Below are positions 1-9,164 of a DNA stretch of 59,181 nt, one piece after another. The stretch's first letter is position 1; each line of letters opens with the position of its first letter. The stretch spans positions 1 through 59,181 of the forward strand of contig JBDTNM010000001.1 of assembly GCA_039933735.1 (NCBI GenBank), given 5' to 3'. This stretch comes from a bacterium (GTDB lineage: Bacteria; Chloroflexota; Dehalococcoidia; Tepidiformales; Tepidiformaceae). The notes beneath the pieces are model-generated. The model saw only the letters and a list, made by a program, of their open reading frames with translations. It made no database searches and had not been told where the DNA came from. A program made the translations under genes and the position numbers.

Positions 1-441
1 GAACCGTTCAACGGCGTGCATGGAACCCGCTTCACGAATCGCCGTCACCGAACGTGGCGAGCCGGCGCCCGTCTCCGACGTGATCGGCGAATCGATCGTC
101 ACAACGCCAAGAACAAGTTCCGGATACCGGCCGTTCAACGCGAGCGAAATGATCCCGCCCAGACTGTGACCAACGAGGATCACGGGCGCGAGCGAGAGTT
201 CGCGGACGAGCGCAGCCACGTCTTCCAGGGCCTGACCAACGCCGAACGGCGGCACAGGACGCGATCCGCCGCGGCCACGCAAATCGACAGTGACGCACCG
301 GTGGTCGCGCGAGAATTCGGCCACCTGGGACTGCCAGCAGGAACGGTCGCAGGCCCAGCCGTGGACGAACAGTAACGGCGGCCCGCCCGACCCGGTGTCT
401 TCGTATTCAAGGACCGTCCCGTTGAGGCTTAGCTCCGCCAT
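1..441 (-). CDS. alpha/beta hydrolase, N-terminal part only (gene runs off the window start)
   Basis: Own translation of the minus strand from ATG (complement of 439-441): MAELSLNGTVLEYEDTGSGGPPLLFVHGW...VILVGHSLGG. This shows the HG oxyanion motif and the GxSxG nucleophile elbow. Not in the ORF track because no stop lies inside the window. Confidence 0.75.
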   Translation of the reverse strand, partial: MAELSLNGTVLEYEDTGSGGPPLLFVHGWACDRSCWQSQVAEFSRDHRCVTVDLRGRGGSRPVPPFGVGQALEDVAALVRELSLAPVILVGHSLGGIISLALNGRYPELVLGVVTIDSPITSETGAGSPRSVTAIREAGSMHAVERF

Positions 442-1871
442 CGAGCGACACGCCGCTTCTTCTTCTGCTTCTTCCCGGCCGCCCGGCCCGCGATCTTGAG
501 GGCGAGCATAGCGGTACTCATCGCCATGCCCATGCCTTTCGAACCGCGCTTCTTCAGCTTCTTCTTGTCGACCTTCTGGTACGCCTCGCGGCCGGCGAGG
601 GCAGCACTGTGCGAACCCTCGTTCAGGATGACAAGCGCATCACGCGCGGCGATCCGTGCGGCGTTGAGGTCGACCTCAGAAATGGTCTTCCGGGCGCGGC
701 GGGCGCCGATAGCGCCAACCAATCCAAGGCGGGAAACCACTTCGGCCGCCCTCTCACGAGCTTGTTCCACATCGACACTAGTCAGCGACGGCACGCGCTG
801 TGCGGCAAGCGTGGCCTTGTCCCGAAGCGTCGGCGGACGTTGACTACTGCGGCGTTGGGAGGCCTTGCGCACAGCCAACCCTGCGCCAGCCAGGGCGACT
901 ACGACTGCTGCGCCGGCGGCAGCGAGCACGAGCAGGCTGGGCCCCCGGCGCGTAGCCGCGGAGTGTTCTTCAACAAGTTGTTCGAGCGGGGGCGGCGCCG
1001 AGGCAGCCGCAGGTTCGAACTCGCCCCGTTCGAGGTCGCCTAAGAATTCGCGTACGCCTTCGGTGAACGCGTCGGGGTTATCGCCGGGCACGCTGTGGCC
1101 CGCACCCGCCACGATGATGAGGCGCGCGCGAGGCATTTCTGTCGCCGCTCGTTCGGCGACTGGCTGGGAAAGCACGTCACTCTCGGCGCCGCGAATGAGG
1201 AGGGTCGGTACGCGGACCCCGCGGAAGAGTGCCCACGAGTCACTTTCGCCCTCGTTGCCGATGCGAAGCCCGCTATCTGGCTGGCGGAACCGCTTGTCGA
1301 ACTTCCAGGTCCATTTTCCTGTTTCGGTCTGCTTGAGCCGGTGCCGCATCCGTTCGCGGATGTTCTCCATGGTTCGGCGCTGATTGAACCGGTGAGCTAA
1401 TTCGACGAACTCTTCGAACTCGAGTTCGTCCGGCCCCCGCGTGAAGCGGACGATGTTGTCGACACCTTCTTTTGCAGATTCGGGACCAACATCAACCAGG
1501 ACGAGCGCGCGGACATGCTCGGGGTAGGCGTTGGTGTACGCCACCGAGTTGAGCCCACCCATGCTGTGGCCGATCAGGATGAACTTCTCAATGCCGAGCG
1601 CCTTGCGGAACCCTTCGAGGTCCTCCACGAATGCTCGCCGGCTGTAGTCACCGGCATCCGACCAATCGCTATCGCCATGGCCGCGCTGATCGAGGGCGAG
1701 GAGCCGGTAGCGGTCCTGCATGCGGTCGGCGAATTCATCGAACATGTGTCCGGAGACGCCGAAGCCGTGGAGCATGATGATCGGTTGTGCTTCGTGGTTG
1801 CCCCACTCCTGATAGCTCAGGTTGAGGTCGCCAACTGCCGCGGTTCGTTCAAGGTAACCAGCGGTAACCAT
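429..1871 (-). CDS. alpha/beta hydrolase with long C-terminal TM plus Lys/Arg-rich extension
   Basis: ORF 429..1961; I prefer the internal ATG at 1871 (MVTAGYLERT...). Motifs: IIMLHGFG, LIGHSMGG (GxSxG), AGHSVP (catalytic His region). After about 300 aa there is a hydrophobic segment (LLVLAAAGAAVVVALAGAGLAV) and a KKKLKKRGSK...KKQKKKRR tail. Confidence 0.8.
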   Translation of the reverse strand: MVTAGYLERTAAVGDLNLSYQEWGNHEAQPIIMLHGFGVSGHMFDEFADRMQDRYRLLALDQRGHGDSDWSDAGDYSRRAFVEDLEGFRKALGIEKFILIGHSMGGLNSVAYTNAYPEHVRALVLVDVGPESAKEGVDNIVRFTRGPDELEFEEFVELAHRFNQRRTMENIRERMRHRLKQTETGKWTWKFDKRFRQPDSGLRIGNEGESDSWALFRGVRVPTLLIRGAESDVLSQPVAERAATEMPRARLIIVAGAGHSVPGDNPDAFTEGVREFLGDLERGEFEPAAASAPPPLEQLVEEHSAATRRGPSLLVLAAAGAAVVVALAGAGLAVRKASQRRSSQRPPTLRDKATLAAQRVPSLTSVDVEQARERAAEVVSRLGLVGAIGARRARKTISEVDLNAARIAARDALVILNEGSHSAALAGREAYQKVDKKKLKKRGSKGMGMAMSTAMLALKIAGRAAGKKQKKKRRVARWRS

Positions 1872-1979
1872 GGGCTTGTCTCCATCGAAGTTTTGCTCTC
1901 GCACGAGAGAGCAGCGAACAACGATGATAGCACCGACCGCGAGCCTCTGACCGATGTGCAACGAATCTGCAACGCGAGA

Positions 1980-2636
1980 TTAGGCGACCGGCGAAAGGCC
2001 TTGTTCAGAGCGCAACTGGTTGTAGGTAGCTACGAGGGCATCGCCCTGATAAGCCCATCCGCCGCCCGGATTGAATGAGTAGTTGTACGCCGCCCGGACC
2101 GCTTCTTCGCCGCTGAAGCCCGCTCGTTCGCCCGCCTGCCAGGCTTCCGAAAGCCCCCGTGCGGCGCGATCGGCATTCGCCTCCGGATCGAAGCGGCTGT
2201 CGCCCATTCCTGCCCCGTAGCCGCCGTCGTGCAGTTGGAACAGGCCGACGGAATGGCCGCCATCTCCAATGGCGTCCGGCCGGCCGCCACTTTCAATAAG
2301 CATGACGGACTTCAGAAAGATCGGGGGCACGTTGTACTTCTGGCCGAGCTTATTCAGCATCGAATCCCATTGATCGGGATCTGCGTCGCTGTTCGACTGC
2401 ACGGGAGTGTGGGGCGTGGCCACGCGCTTGCTCGTACTCGTCCGGGAAGCGGCCGACGTACTTGCACTCTTCGTGCTGGTTGACCTGGGCAGAGTGGTTG
2501 AAGACGGGACCTGAAAGCTCGAACTGCTCGATCCACTTAAGGGTGAGGCTGAACGGCCTCGTGCGATGGCGCCCGCCTCCGTGAGAGACACATGTGCCGA
2601 GGAAAGCATGCCCCGAGTTGTGGGATCTATCGCCAT
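1980..2636 (-). CDS. lytic transglycosylase (SLT domain) protein with Ser/Thr-rich N-terminal region
   Basis: C-terminal half has VMLIESGGRPDAIGDGGHSVGLFQL, i.e. the catalytic Glu-Ser context and GLFQ motif of SLT/goose-lysozyme-like transglycosylases. Confidence 0.7.
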   Translation of the reverse strand: MAIDPTTRGMLSSAHVSLTEAGAIARGRSASPLSGSSSSSFQVPSSTTLPRSTSTKSASTSAASRTSTSKRVATPHTPVQSNSDADPDQWDSMLNKLGQKYNVPPIFLKSVMLIESGGRPDAIGDGGHSVGLFQLHDGGYGAGMGDSRFDPEANADRAARGLSEAWQAGERAGFSGEEAVRAAYNYSFNPGGGWAYQGDALVATYNQLRSEQGLSPVA

Positions 2637-2726
2637 CGTGTGACGAGCCTAGTACCCTTCGCGCCAGACCAGAATCAGGTGGTCGCCGGATGGCGACCCG
2701 GTGAAACCCCGATGCGGAGAGTACCG

Positions 2727-3227
2727 ATGGCCGATACCCGAGTTCCGGATCCGACCTTGATGGCGCGCCTCCAGCTCAGCGTGAAAGGCATCGATTGGGC
2801 TGCCTCCCTGGTGAAGCCGTGGCAACACCAGGAAGTCGAAGACATGTGGTCGGCCCACCATCAGTTGAAGCACCTCATCGCCGTGGAGACCGAGAACTTC
2901 CAGCCACGTATCAAGCGCATCTTGAAAGAAGACCGCCCGCACCTGGAGTTCTGGGACACAGATGGCTTCAACCTGCGCTACACGGTTGAAGGCGACATCG
3001 AGGACCTTGCGCAGGCATTCATGGCCGAGCGCAGCGCCACATTGGAGTTGTTGAAAGCGCTTTCGCCGGAGCAGTGGCAGCGCAGGGGCATTTGGCCGGA
3101 TGGCGCCGAGATCGACCTCGCCTGGTTGGCCGAAAAAGTGCTCTGGCATGCGCTCGACCATTTCGCGAGCCTGCTCGATCTGCACGGCGAATTCGAACGG
3201 TTGCAGGCGCCGCGCTGGACAGCCTAG
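2727..3227 (+). CDS. DinB-family (four-helix bundle, metal-binding) protein
   Basis: ORF 2592..3227. Start moved to ATG 2727 (MADTRV); ATG 2712 is also possible. Conserved His positions (WSAHHQLKHL, WHALDHFASL) are typical of the DinB/YfiT-like fold. Confidence 0.6.
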   Translation: MADTRVPDPTLMARLQLSVKGIDWAASLVKPWQHQEVEDMWSAHHQLKHLIAVETENFQPRIKRILKEDRPHLEFWDTDGFNLRYTVEGDIEDLAQAFMAERSATLELLKALSPEQWQRRGIWPDGAEIDLAWLAEKVLWHALDHFASLLDLHGEFERLQAPRWTA

Positions 3228-3814
3228 GCGAGACTGACGGCCTCGTAGCGGCCCAGCTTTAGCGCTGTGGTTAGGTCATCGTCAGATTCGCACCGGTCGA
3301 TAAATTTCGTTGCAGCGCGCCCAATCTCCGGCGGAGCGTGAGCGTCGGAACCGCCAATCCCGGGCAGGCGGAAGCCCCGAGCGAGACCAGCCGCGGCGAG
3401 GTTCTGGAGCTTCGAGTCGGACCCATTCGCGGCCTCCACGGACGCGAAGTACTCAACCGTTTCGTGGCTGACCCTCAACAGCCCGTCCCGGGCCGGGTGG
3501 GCGAGGAAGAGCACTCCCCCGTCCCGCTCTGCCGCAAGCCAGACTTCCCGCGCAATCGCCGAGAACGAGCCGGGGCCGGCCAATCCGAAGGCGAGGACGT
3601 GGCCCATATCTGTACTCAATTCCACCGCTGAGAACACGGGAATCGGCGAATTGGCGCGCGCTTCGGCGAGCAAGTCCTCAGGCCAGGCCCGGTCGTGCTC
3701 CGTCAGGCAGATTGCGTCGAGCCCACGAAGCACCGCTCCCGCAACAAGCTGTTCGAGCGTGAGTGCACTGCAGGACGACAGTGGGCGCGTGTGGCAGTGG
3801 AGGTCGATCAGCAC
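3224..3814 (-). CDS. PHP-domain metal-dependent phosphoesterase
   Basis: MLIDLHCHTRPLSSC...ICLTEHD...GGSDAHAP: the canonical PHP His/Asp motifs (HxH at the N-terminus, EH, DAH). Confidence 0.8.
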   Translation of the reverse strand: MLIDLHCHTRPLSSCSALTLEQLVAGAVLRGLDAICLTEHDRAWPEDLLAEARANSPIPVFSAVELSTDMGHVLAFGLAGPGSFSAIAREVWLAAERDGGVLFLAHPARDGLLRVSHETVEYFASVEAANGSDSKLQNLAAAGLARGFRLPGIGGSDAHAPPEIGRAATKFIDRCESDDDLTTALKLGRYEAVSLA

Positions 3815-3825
3815 CGGCGATTGCC

Positions 3826-4725
3826 CTACCGGGGCAGTTTCATGCCGTAGATCTCGCCGAGAAGGTCGAGGAAGGCCGACATCGGACCAGATTGGGGCTT
3901 GCTCCGCCGGTAGAAGACAGCAATCTCGCGCTCGACTGGCTCAGCGGACTCAATGTGAACTTTATGGAGTGTACCAAGCCGAATCTCTCGTTCAACGCTC
4001 ACCTCCGGGAGGAGGGCGATGCCAAGATTCGACTCCACCATCTTCTTTGTGGCTTCGATGGAGTCGAGTTGCATCTGCTGCTGGGGCACAACTCCGAGGT
4101 CGCGGAAGAGCCCAAGGATCATCCCGTAGTAACCGGAATCCCGGTCGAACAGAATGAGCGAATCGTCGGCGAGCTGCTCCACTTTCACCGAGCCCCGCTT
4201 CGCATAGCGGTGCTGCGATGAAACGACGAGCACAAGTTCGTCGCGGTAGAGGGTGACGGTCCGCACGTCCGGATGGTTGATTGGGCGGCCAAAGCCGACC
4301 TGCACGTCATCATCCAGCACCATTTGCAGTACTTCATCGCTATGCCCTGTACGGACAAGAACGTCCACGCCCTGGTGGTTATCGCAGAAGACCTTTAGCA
4401 GCCGGGGAAGAACGTACGTCCCGACCGCAGGCGCTGTGCCAATCGTGAGCCGCCCGGCGGTGCCTTCACGAGTGCCCTCCAGCACCATCAAGCCGTCGTT
4501 GAGTGTCCGGAGGACGCGCTGGGCATACGGCAAAAAGGAGCGGCCGGCGTCAGTGAGCTTTACGCCGCGACCCATCCGCTCGAACAGTGCCTGGCCGACT
4601 TCGCGTTCAAGCGACTGAATCCGGTTGCTAAGGGACGGCTGGGCGACGTTGAGCAGTTCGGCCGCGCGCGAAAAGCTGCCGCAATCGGCTGCGGCAATGA
4701 ATGCGTCAAGTTGTGCCAATTCCAT
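3826..4725 (-). CDS. LysR-family transcriptional regulator
   Basis: N-terminal HTH: MELAQLDAFIAAADCGSFSRAAELLNVAQPSLSNRIQSLEREVG. Length of 299 aa and substrate-binding domain layout are typical of LTTRs. Confidence 0.9.
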   Translation of the reverse strand: MELAQLDAFIAAADCGSFSRAAELLNVAQPSLSNRIQSLEREVGQALFERMGRGVKLTDAGRSFLPYAQRVLRTLNDGLMVLEGTREGTAGRLTIGTAPAVGTYVLPRLLKVFCDNHQGVDVLVRTGHSDEVLQMVLDDDVQVGFGRPINHPDVRTVTLYRDELVLVVSSQHRYAKRGSVKVEQLADDSLILFDRDSGYYGMILGLFRDLGVVPQQQMQLDSIEATKKMVESNLGIALLPEVSVEREIRLGTLHKVHIESAEPVEREIAVFYRRSKPQSGPMSAFLDLLGEIYGMKLPR

Positions 4726-4839
4726 GTATGGCTCACCCGTTAGCGATATGGCCAGGCTATCGCCGAACCATACGGTCTTGGTCAGCCATAGGCTAGGGCT
4801 GGGGAAGTAGAGCCTGTGGATGAGGGCAGACGCACTCGC

Positions 4840-5370
4840 TCAGTCGAAGTAGCGGCCGAGGACCCAGTTCATGATGTCGCGGATGGTGATCATCCCGACG
4901 AGCTCGCCGTCGCGCACCACCGGGATGTGGCGGAATCCACCGTCTCCCATCTTGTTCAGGGCGCGGGCCATCGTGTCGTCTTCGCGAAGCGTCACCGGGT
5001 CAGCCGTCATGTAATACGAGACTGGCTCATCGAGTACACCGGTACGCGCGGCAGCCTTTTTAAGGACGTCGCGATCAGTGAAGATGCCCATGATCCGGGT
5101 GTGGTCCACAACGACTACCGCGCCGGTGGGATCCTGCTTCATCTCGAGAATGGCATCACGGACCGTCTGCATCGAAGTTACGGTCCGCGGGCGAGTTGTA
5201 CGGACGGCCGAAATCGGGATGTTCAGGTCACTCTCGCTCACAACCTGGACTGACTCCGGCACATCCACTCCGCTGAGGTCGCTCATGCACCGTTCGCACT
5301 GGTCCACGCCCTGGATGTTTTCGGCGCCGCAACTCGGACAAATGACGATGTTTCGTTGCTCCACAGCCAT
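4840..5370 (-). CDS. zinc-ribbon plus CBS-pair domain protein
   Basis: N-terminus has CPSCGAENIQGVDQCERC (CxxC...CxxC), followed by two CBS-like repeats (GIFTDRDVL, GMITIRDIM). GGAGG lies 8 nt upstream of the ATG. Confidence 0.8.
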   Translation of the reverse strand: MAVEQRNIVICPSCGAENIQGVDQCERCMSDLSGVDVPESVQVVSESDLNIPISAVRTTRPRTVTSMQTVRDAILEMKQDPTGAVVVVDHTRIMGIFTDRDVLKKAAARTGVLDEPVSYYMTADPVTLREDDTMARALNKMGDGGFRHIPVVRDGELVGMITIRDIMNWVLGRYFD

Positions 5371-5393
5371 CGCTTGCCTCCTCCAGAAACAAT

Positions 5394-5419
5394 CAGAGCC
5401 CCTCGGTGAAGGGGCTCTG
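5394..5419 (-). terminator. intrinsic terminator candidate downstream of korB
   Basis: Perfect 10-bp inverted repeat CAGAGCCCCT / AGGGGCTCTG with a 6-nt loop. On the minus strand it is followed by the T-rich run ATTGTTTCT. It lies between the korB stop (5457) and the next gene start (5370). Confidence 0.5.
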
Positions 5420-5456
5420 ACAATAACAGACTGTTGCGAACTATGGATGTATCAGT

Positions 5457-6503
5457 TTAGTCGACGACCCAGGTTTCACCGGCATGCAGCGCCGCTTCGA
5501 GACTACCGGGGCCTTTCGCCATGGCCGACGAAACCTGCTCAGCAACCAGCTGATCGAATATTGGAGCATCGATATCGCGGAAAACGCCGATCGGGACCGG
5601 GAATTCCGGATAGTCCATGCCCACGAGGATGTTCGCCAGCGAAATGTTCTGTTGGTGGATGTCGTGCACGAGCAGGCCGTCGTCGGAAGCGGCGTTGGCC
5701 ACGATTTCAGGCTGGAATCCGTTGAGGCGGATGCCGTGCTCGTTCTCCTTACCGAAGCGCAGCGGTTTGCCGTGCTCGAGATAAACCATCTTGTCCTGGC
5801 GGACTTCCTTATCGGTGAAGGCCGCGAAGGCACCGTCATTGAAGATGTTGCAGTTCTGGTAGACCTCGACGAAGGAGATTCCCTTGTGCTGGGAGGCACG
5901 ATAGAGCGTCTCTTCGAGGTGCTTGGTATCGCGATCGATCGAGCGGGCGACGAACGTCGCGCCTGCAGCAAGCGCCACGCGGATCGGGTTCAACGGACGC
6001 TCGGTGGTTCCATAGGGCGAAGACTTCGTCACCTTGCCGAATTCGGATGTCGGCGAGAACTGGCCCTTGGTCAGGCCGTAAATGCGGTTGTTGAACAGGA
6101 TCACGTTCAGGTCGACGTTGCGGCGCATCGCATGGAGCAGATGGTTGCCGCCAATCGAAAGACCGTCGCCGTCACCGGTGATAACGAAGACCGTCAGCTC
6201 GGGGCGAGCCGTCTTCAGGCCGCTGGCGAGCGTCAGTGCACGCCCATGAATGCTGTGGAAGCCATAGCTTTCCACGTAATAGGGAAATCGGCTGGAGCAG
6301 CCGATGCCACTGATGAAGACGATGTTTTCGCGCGGGATCTTCATCTCCGGCAGCATCTTTTGCATCTGCGCGAGGATGGAGTAGTCGCCGCAACCGGGGC
6401 ACCAGCGAACCTCCTGGTCCGACACGAAATCCTTTCGCGTCAGAACCGGCAGATCCGCCGGAATAACACCGTTGCCGTTACCGTTGGCAGCAGGAGCAGT
6501 CAT
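5457..6503 (-). CDS. korB: 2-oxoglutarate/2-oxoacid:ferredoxin oxidoreductase, beta subunit
   Basis: ORF 5457..6662; start moved to ATG 6503 (MTAPAANG...), 4 nt after the korA stop. Motifs: VRWCPGCGDYSIL, ITGDGDGLSIGGNH (TPP-binding GDG), CSSRFPYY. Confidence 0.9.
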   Translation of the reverse strand: MTAPAANGNGNGVIPADLPVLTRKDFVSDQEVRWCPGCGDYSILAQMQKMLPEMKIPRENIVFISGIGCSSRFPYYVESYGFHSIHGRALTLASGLKTARPELTVFVITGDGDGLSIGGNHLLHAMRRNVDLNVILFNNRIYGLTKGQFSPTSEFGKVTKSSPYGTTERPLNPIRVALAAGATFVARSIDRDTKHLEETLYRASQHKGISFVEVYQNCNIFNDGAFAAFTDKEVRQDKMVYLEHGKPLRFGKENEHGIRLNGFQPEIVANAASDDGLLVHDIHQQNISLANILVGMDYPEFPVPIGVFRDIDAPIFDQLVAEQVSSAMAKGPGSLEAALHAGETWVVD

Positions 6504-6507
6504 GTAA

Positions 6508-8415
6508 TTAGCCTCCTGAAAGGGCCGATGACTGGCCGAATTCGATGACGTACGGACCGCTTCGTCCGAGGACCTCGTCGGCCTTGCCTTCGATCTCGGC
6601 GATCTTGAAGGGCTGACCAGAGATTTTATTGAATGGCACAGCGTCGATGACGAACCGCCCACGGATCAGCAGTGAAAGCTGACCCGTGTTCAGTTCGGGG
6701 ATGAGGACGTGCTTGTAGCTGCGGAGAACTTTCTCCAGGTTGGCCGGGAAGGGGTTGAGGTAGCGCAACTGAGCGGTGGCGACACTGAGACCCTTCTTAC
6801 GGGCGTTCTCGCCGGCGCTGGTGATGGCGCCATACGTGCCGCCCCAGCCGAGGATGAGGAGGTCGCCTTCGGACGGTCCTACGACCTCAAGGTCCGGAAT
6901 GTCCGCCACGATTCCGTCCACGCGTCCCTTACGGGCGAGCGTCATTTCGTGGTGGTTCCGAGGGTCGTAGCTAATGTCGCCAGTCTGGGCTGACTTCTCA
7001 AGCCCACCGATGCGGTGTTCGAGACCCTTCTGACCGGGAACGGCCCACGGGCGCGCGAGCGTCTTCGGGTCGCGCTTGTATGGGCTGAAGTCAGAGCCCT
7101 CCTTCGCATAGCTCCACTCGATTTTGGGGAGCGTCGCGACGTCCGGAATACGCCACGGCTCGGAGCCGTTTCCGACGTAACCGTCGCTCAGGAAGATGAC
7201 GGGCACCATGTACTTGAGCGCGATGCGGAACGCCTCAATTGCCATCAAGAAGCAATCCGAAGGGGTCGACGGGGCGATGATGCAGACGTAACTGTCGCCG
7301 TTGCGGCCGTACATCGCCTGGAGCAGGTCAGACTGCTCGGTCTTGGTCGGCATGCCAGTGCTTGGGCCTGCCCGCTGCACATCGATGACAACGAGCGGAA
7401 GCTCAGTCATGACGGCGAGGTTCAGGGCTTCACTCTTCAGTGCCAGCCCCGGACCGCTCGGACCGGTGAGGCCAAGGTGGCCGCCGTACGCGGCACCGAT
7501 GGCCGAACCAATTGCTGCGATTTCGTCCTCGGCCTGGAATGTCTTCACACCGAAAGCCTTCATCTTCGAAAGCTCGTGAAGGATGTCCGAAGCGGGAGTG
7601 ATCGGGTAACTGCCGTAGAACAGCGGCAAGCCACTCAGCACCGATGCCGCGACGAAGCCGAGCGCGGTCGCTTCGTTACCGCTGATATGGCGGTAAGTTC
7701 CAGGCCTCACGACTGCCGGGGGGACGCTGTACTGGACGCGGAAGAGTTCGGTGGTTTCACCGAAGTTGTATCCCGCTCTCAAAGCTCGCAGGTTGGCCTC
7801 GAGGATGTCCGGCCGGCGGCCAAACTGTTCAGTCGCCCACTTGACGGTCGTATCCATTGAGCGGCCATAGAGCCAGAGGATGAGGCCGAGCGCATAGAAG
7901 TTGCGGCTTCGGAACTTGTCCTTCGCGTTGAGCGGAAGCCCTTCGAGTGCGAGTTCGTTCAGGCGGGTGATTGCAATAGGGATGAGCTGATAGTTCGAGA
8001 GCGAACCGTCGAGCAAGGGGTTGCCGTCATAGGCCGCTTTGCGCAGGTTTATCGGCTCGAACTCGTTCTCATCGACGATGAGCAGGCCGCCCGGCCGCAG
8101 GTCGCCAACGTTCGTCTTGAGCGCGGCCGGGTTCATCGCGACGAGCACATCCGGGCGGTCGCCTGGCGTGTGGATGTCGCTCCCGGAGAACGAGAGCTGA
8201 AATCCGGAAACGCCCGGGAGGGAGCCCGTTGGGGCCCGAATTTCCGCCGGGAAGTCCGGAAGTGTCGCGAGGTCGTTGCCGAAGACGGCCGCCGTTTTTG
8301 TGAACTGCGTTCCGGTCAACTGCATGCCGTCGCCGGAGTCACCAGCGAAGCGAATCGTCACGCGATCGATTTCCTCGACAACGTGTTCGGGGCGTATGGG
8401 GGTTTCTGTGGTCAT
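6508..8415 (-). CDS. korA: 2-oxoglutarate/2-oxoacid:ferredoxin oxidoreductase, alpha subunit
   Basis: 635 aa. SYPITPASDILHEL, FQAEDEIAAIG and GPSTGMPTKTEQSDL are characteristic of the KorA/OorA fused alpha-gamma subunit. Confidence 0.9.
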   Translation of the reverse strand: MTTETPIRPEHVVEEIDRVTIRFAGDSGDGMQLTGTQFTKTAAVFGNDLATLPDFPAEIRAPTGSLPGVSGFQLSFSGSDIHTPGDRPDVLVAMNPAALKTNVGDLRPGGLLIVDENEFEPINLRKAAYDGNPLLDGSLSNYQLIPIAITRLNELALEGLPLNAKDKFRSRNFYALGLILWLYGRSMDTTVKWATEQFGRRPDILEANLRALRAGYNFGETTELFRVQYSVPPAVVRPGTYRHISGNEATALGFVAASVLSGLPLFYGSYPITPASDILHELSKMKAFGVKTFQAEDEIAAIGSAIGAAYGGHLGLTGPSGPGLALKSEALNLAVMTELPLVVIDVQRAGPSTGMPTKTEQSDLLQAMYGRNGDSYVCIIAPSTPSDCFLMAIEAFRIALKYMVPVIFLSDGYVGNGSEPWRIPDVATLPKIEWSYAKEGSDFSPYKRDPKTLARPWAVPGQKGLEHRIGGLEKSAQTGDISYDPRNHHEMTLARKGRVDGIVADIPDLEVVGPSEGDLLILGWGGTYGAITSAGENARKKGLSVATAQLRYLNPFPANLEKVLRSYKHVLIPELNTGQLSLLIRGRFVIDAVPFNKISGQPFKIAEIEGKADEVLGRSGPYVIEFGQSSALSGG

Positions 8416-8424
8416 GGAGCTCTG

Positions 8425-8943
8425 CTATCCACCCTCTGGTCTCTCCATCACCTGGTGAGGGCGTGGAGGCAGGTTGAGTACGTCTTCCGGGTATTCCTCT
8501 GCGAGGTGCCGGATCAGGTCTCCGAGCCGCACCAGTCCCACCACCGAACCATTCGTCATCACGGGCAGCGTCCGGTAGTGGTGCTGCTGCATGAGGAAAA
8601 TGGCCTCGGCAATCGTGCGGTTCGAAGCGATTGTGCGAGGTTCTCTCGTCAGTACGGAGTGCGCGAGCGGCTGGTCCCAATCGAACCCGTCGTCCATACA
8701 CTTGGTAAGGATGTCGCGCTCGGTGAAGATGCCGGCCAGTTTCCCGTCTTCGACCGCGAGCACGCAGGAGCGAGAGCCTTCTTGCATGGCCTCGACTGCT
8801 GCCCGGACCGTAGTAAATGGGGAAACAACTGCTGGCTCATCGAGCGGCAGCTCGTTCAGAGGCTGATTGACAAACCGGCTGAGCCGGGAGCGATCCATCT
8901 CTCTGTGTTTCGTCGCCTGGGCAGATTCACGCTGGCTGGCCAC
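8425..8943 (-). CDS. CBS-pair domain protein, probably co-transcribed with korAB
   Basis: Two CBS repeats (GIFTERDILTK, GLVRLGDLIRHL). Its stop is 9 nt before the korA start on the same strand. Confidence 0.8.
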   Translation of the reverse strand: MASQRESAQATKHREMDRSRLSRFVNQPLNELPLDEPAVVSPFTTVRAAVEAMQEGSRSCVLAVEDGKLAGIFTERDILTKCMDDGFDWDQPLAHSVLTREPRTIASNRTIAEAIFLMQQHHYRTLPVMTNGSVVGLVRLGDLIRHLAEEYPEDVLNLPPRPHQVMERPEGG

Positions 8944-9164
8944 TGGGGCCTTTCAACGCGCGCTTTGGTAGCAGTGTAGCCCGTTTGTGAACGACGTGCA
9001 GGCCGGGAAAACCCGAGATCCACGCTTTCAAGCCAAATTCGCTGAATGGTACCTACGACTCTTCCCTATTTAGGCCTCTGTTCACCACAACAACCCTGAA
9101 GGCCCACTCTGCCGCGGCCGATATTTCCAGTACTGGTTCGCAATTCCAGGGAGAACGACTGCCC

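Noticed and set aside
5484-6548. 354-aa plus-strand ORF antisense to korB. Similar long antisense ORFs lie at 7015..7860, 13700..15391, 19734..20696, 21145..22635, 24294..24980, 27778..28521, 38649..39530 and 46723..47430.
   Set aside because: These are typical high-GC shadow ORFs. They have Arg/Ala/Pro/Gly-rich low-complexity translations with no motifs. Each lies opposite a gene with clear family signatures.
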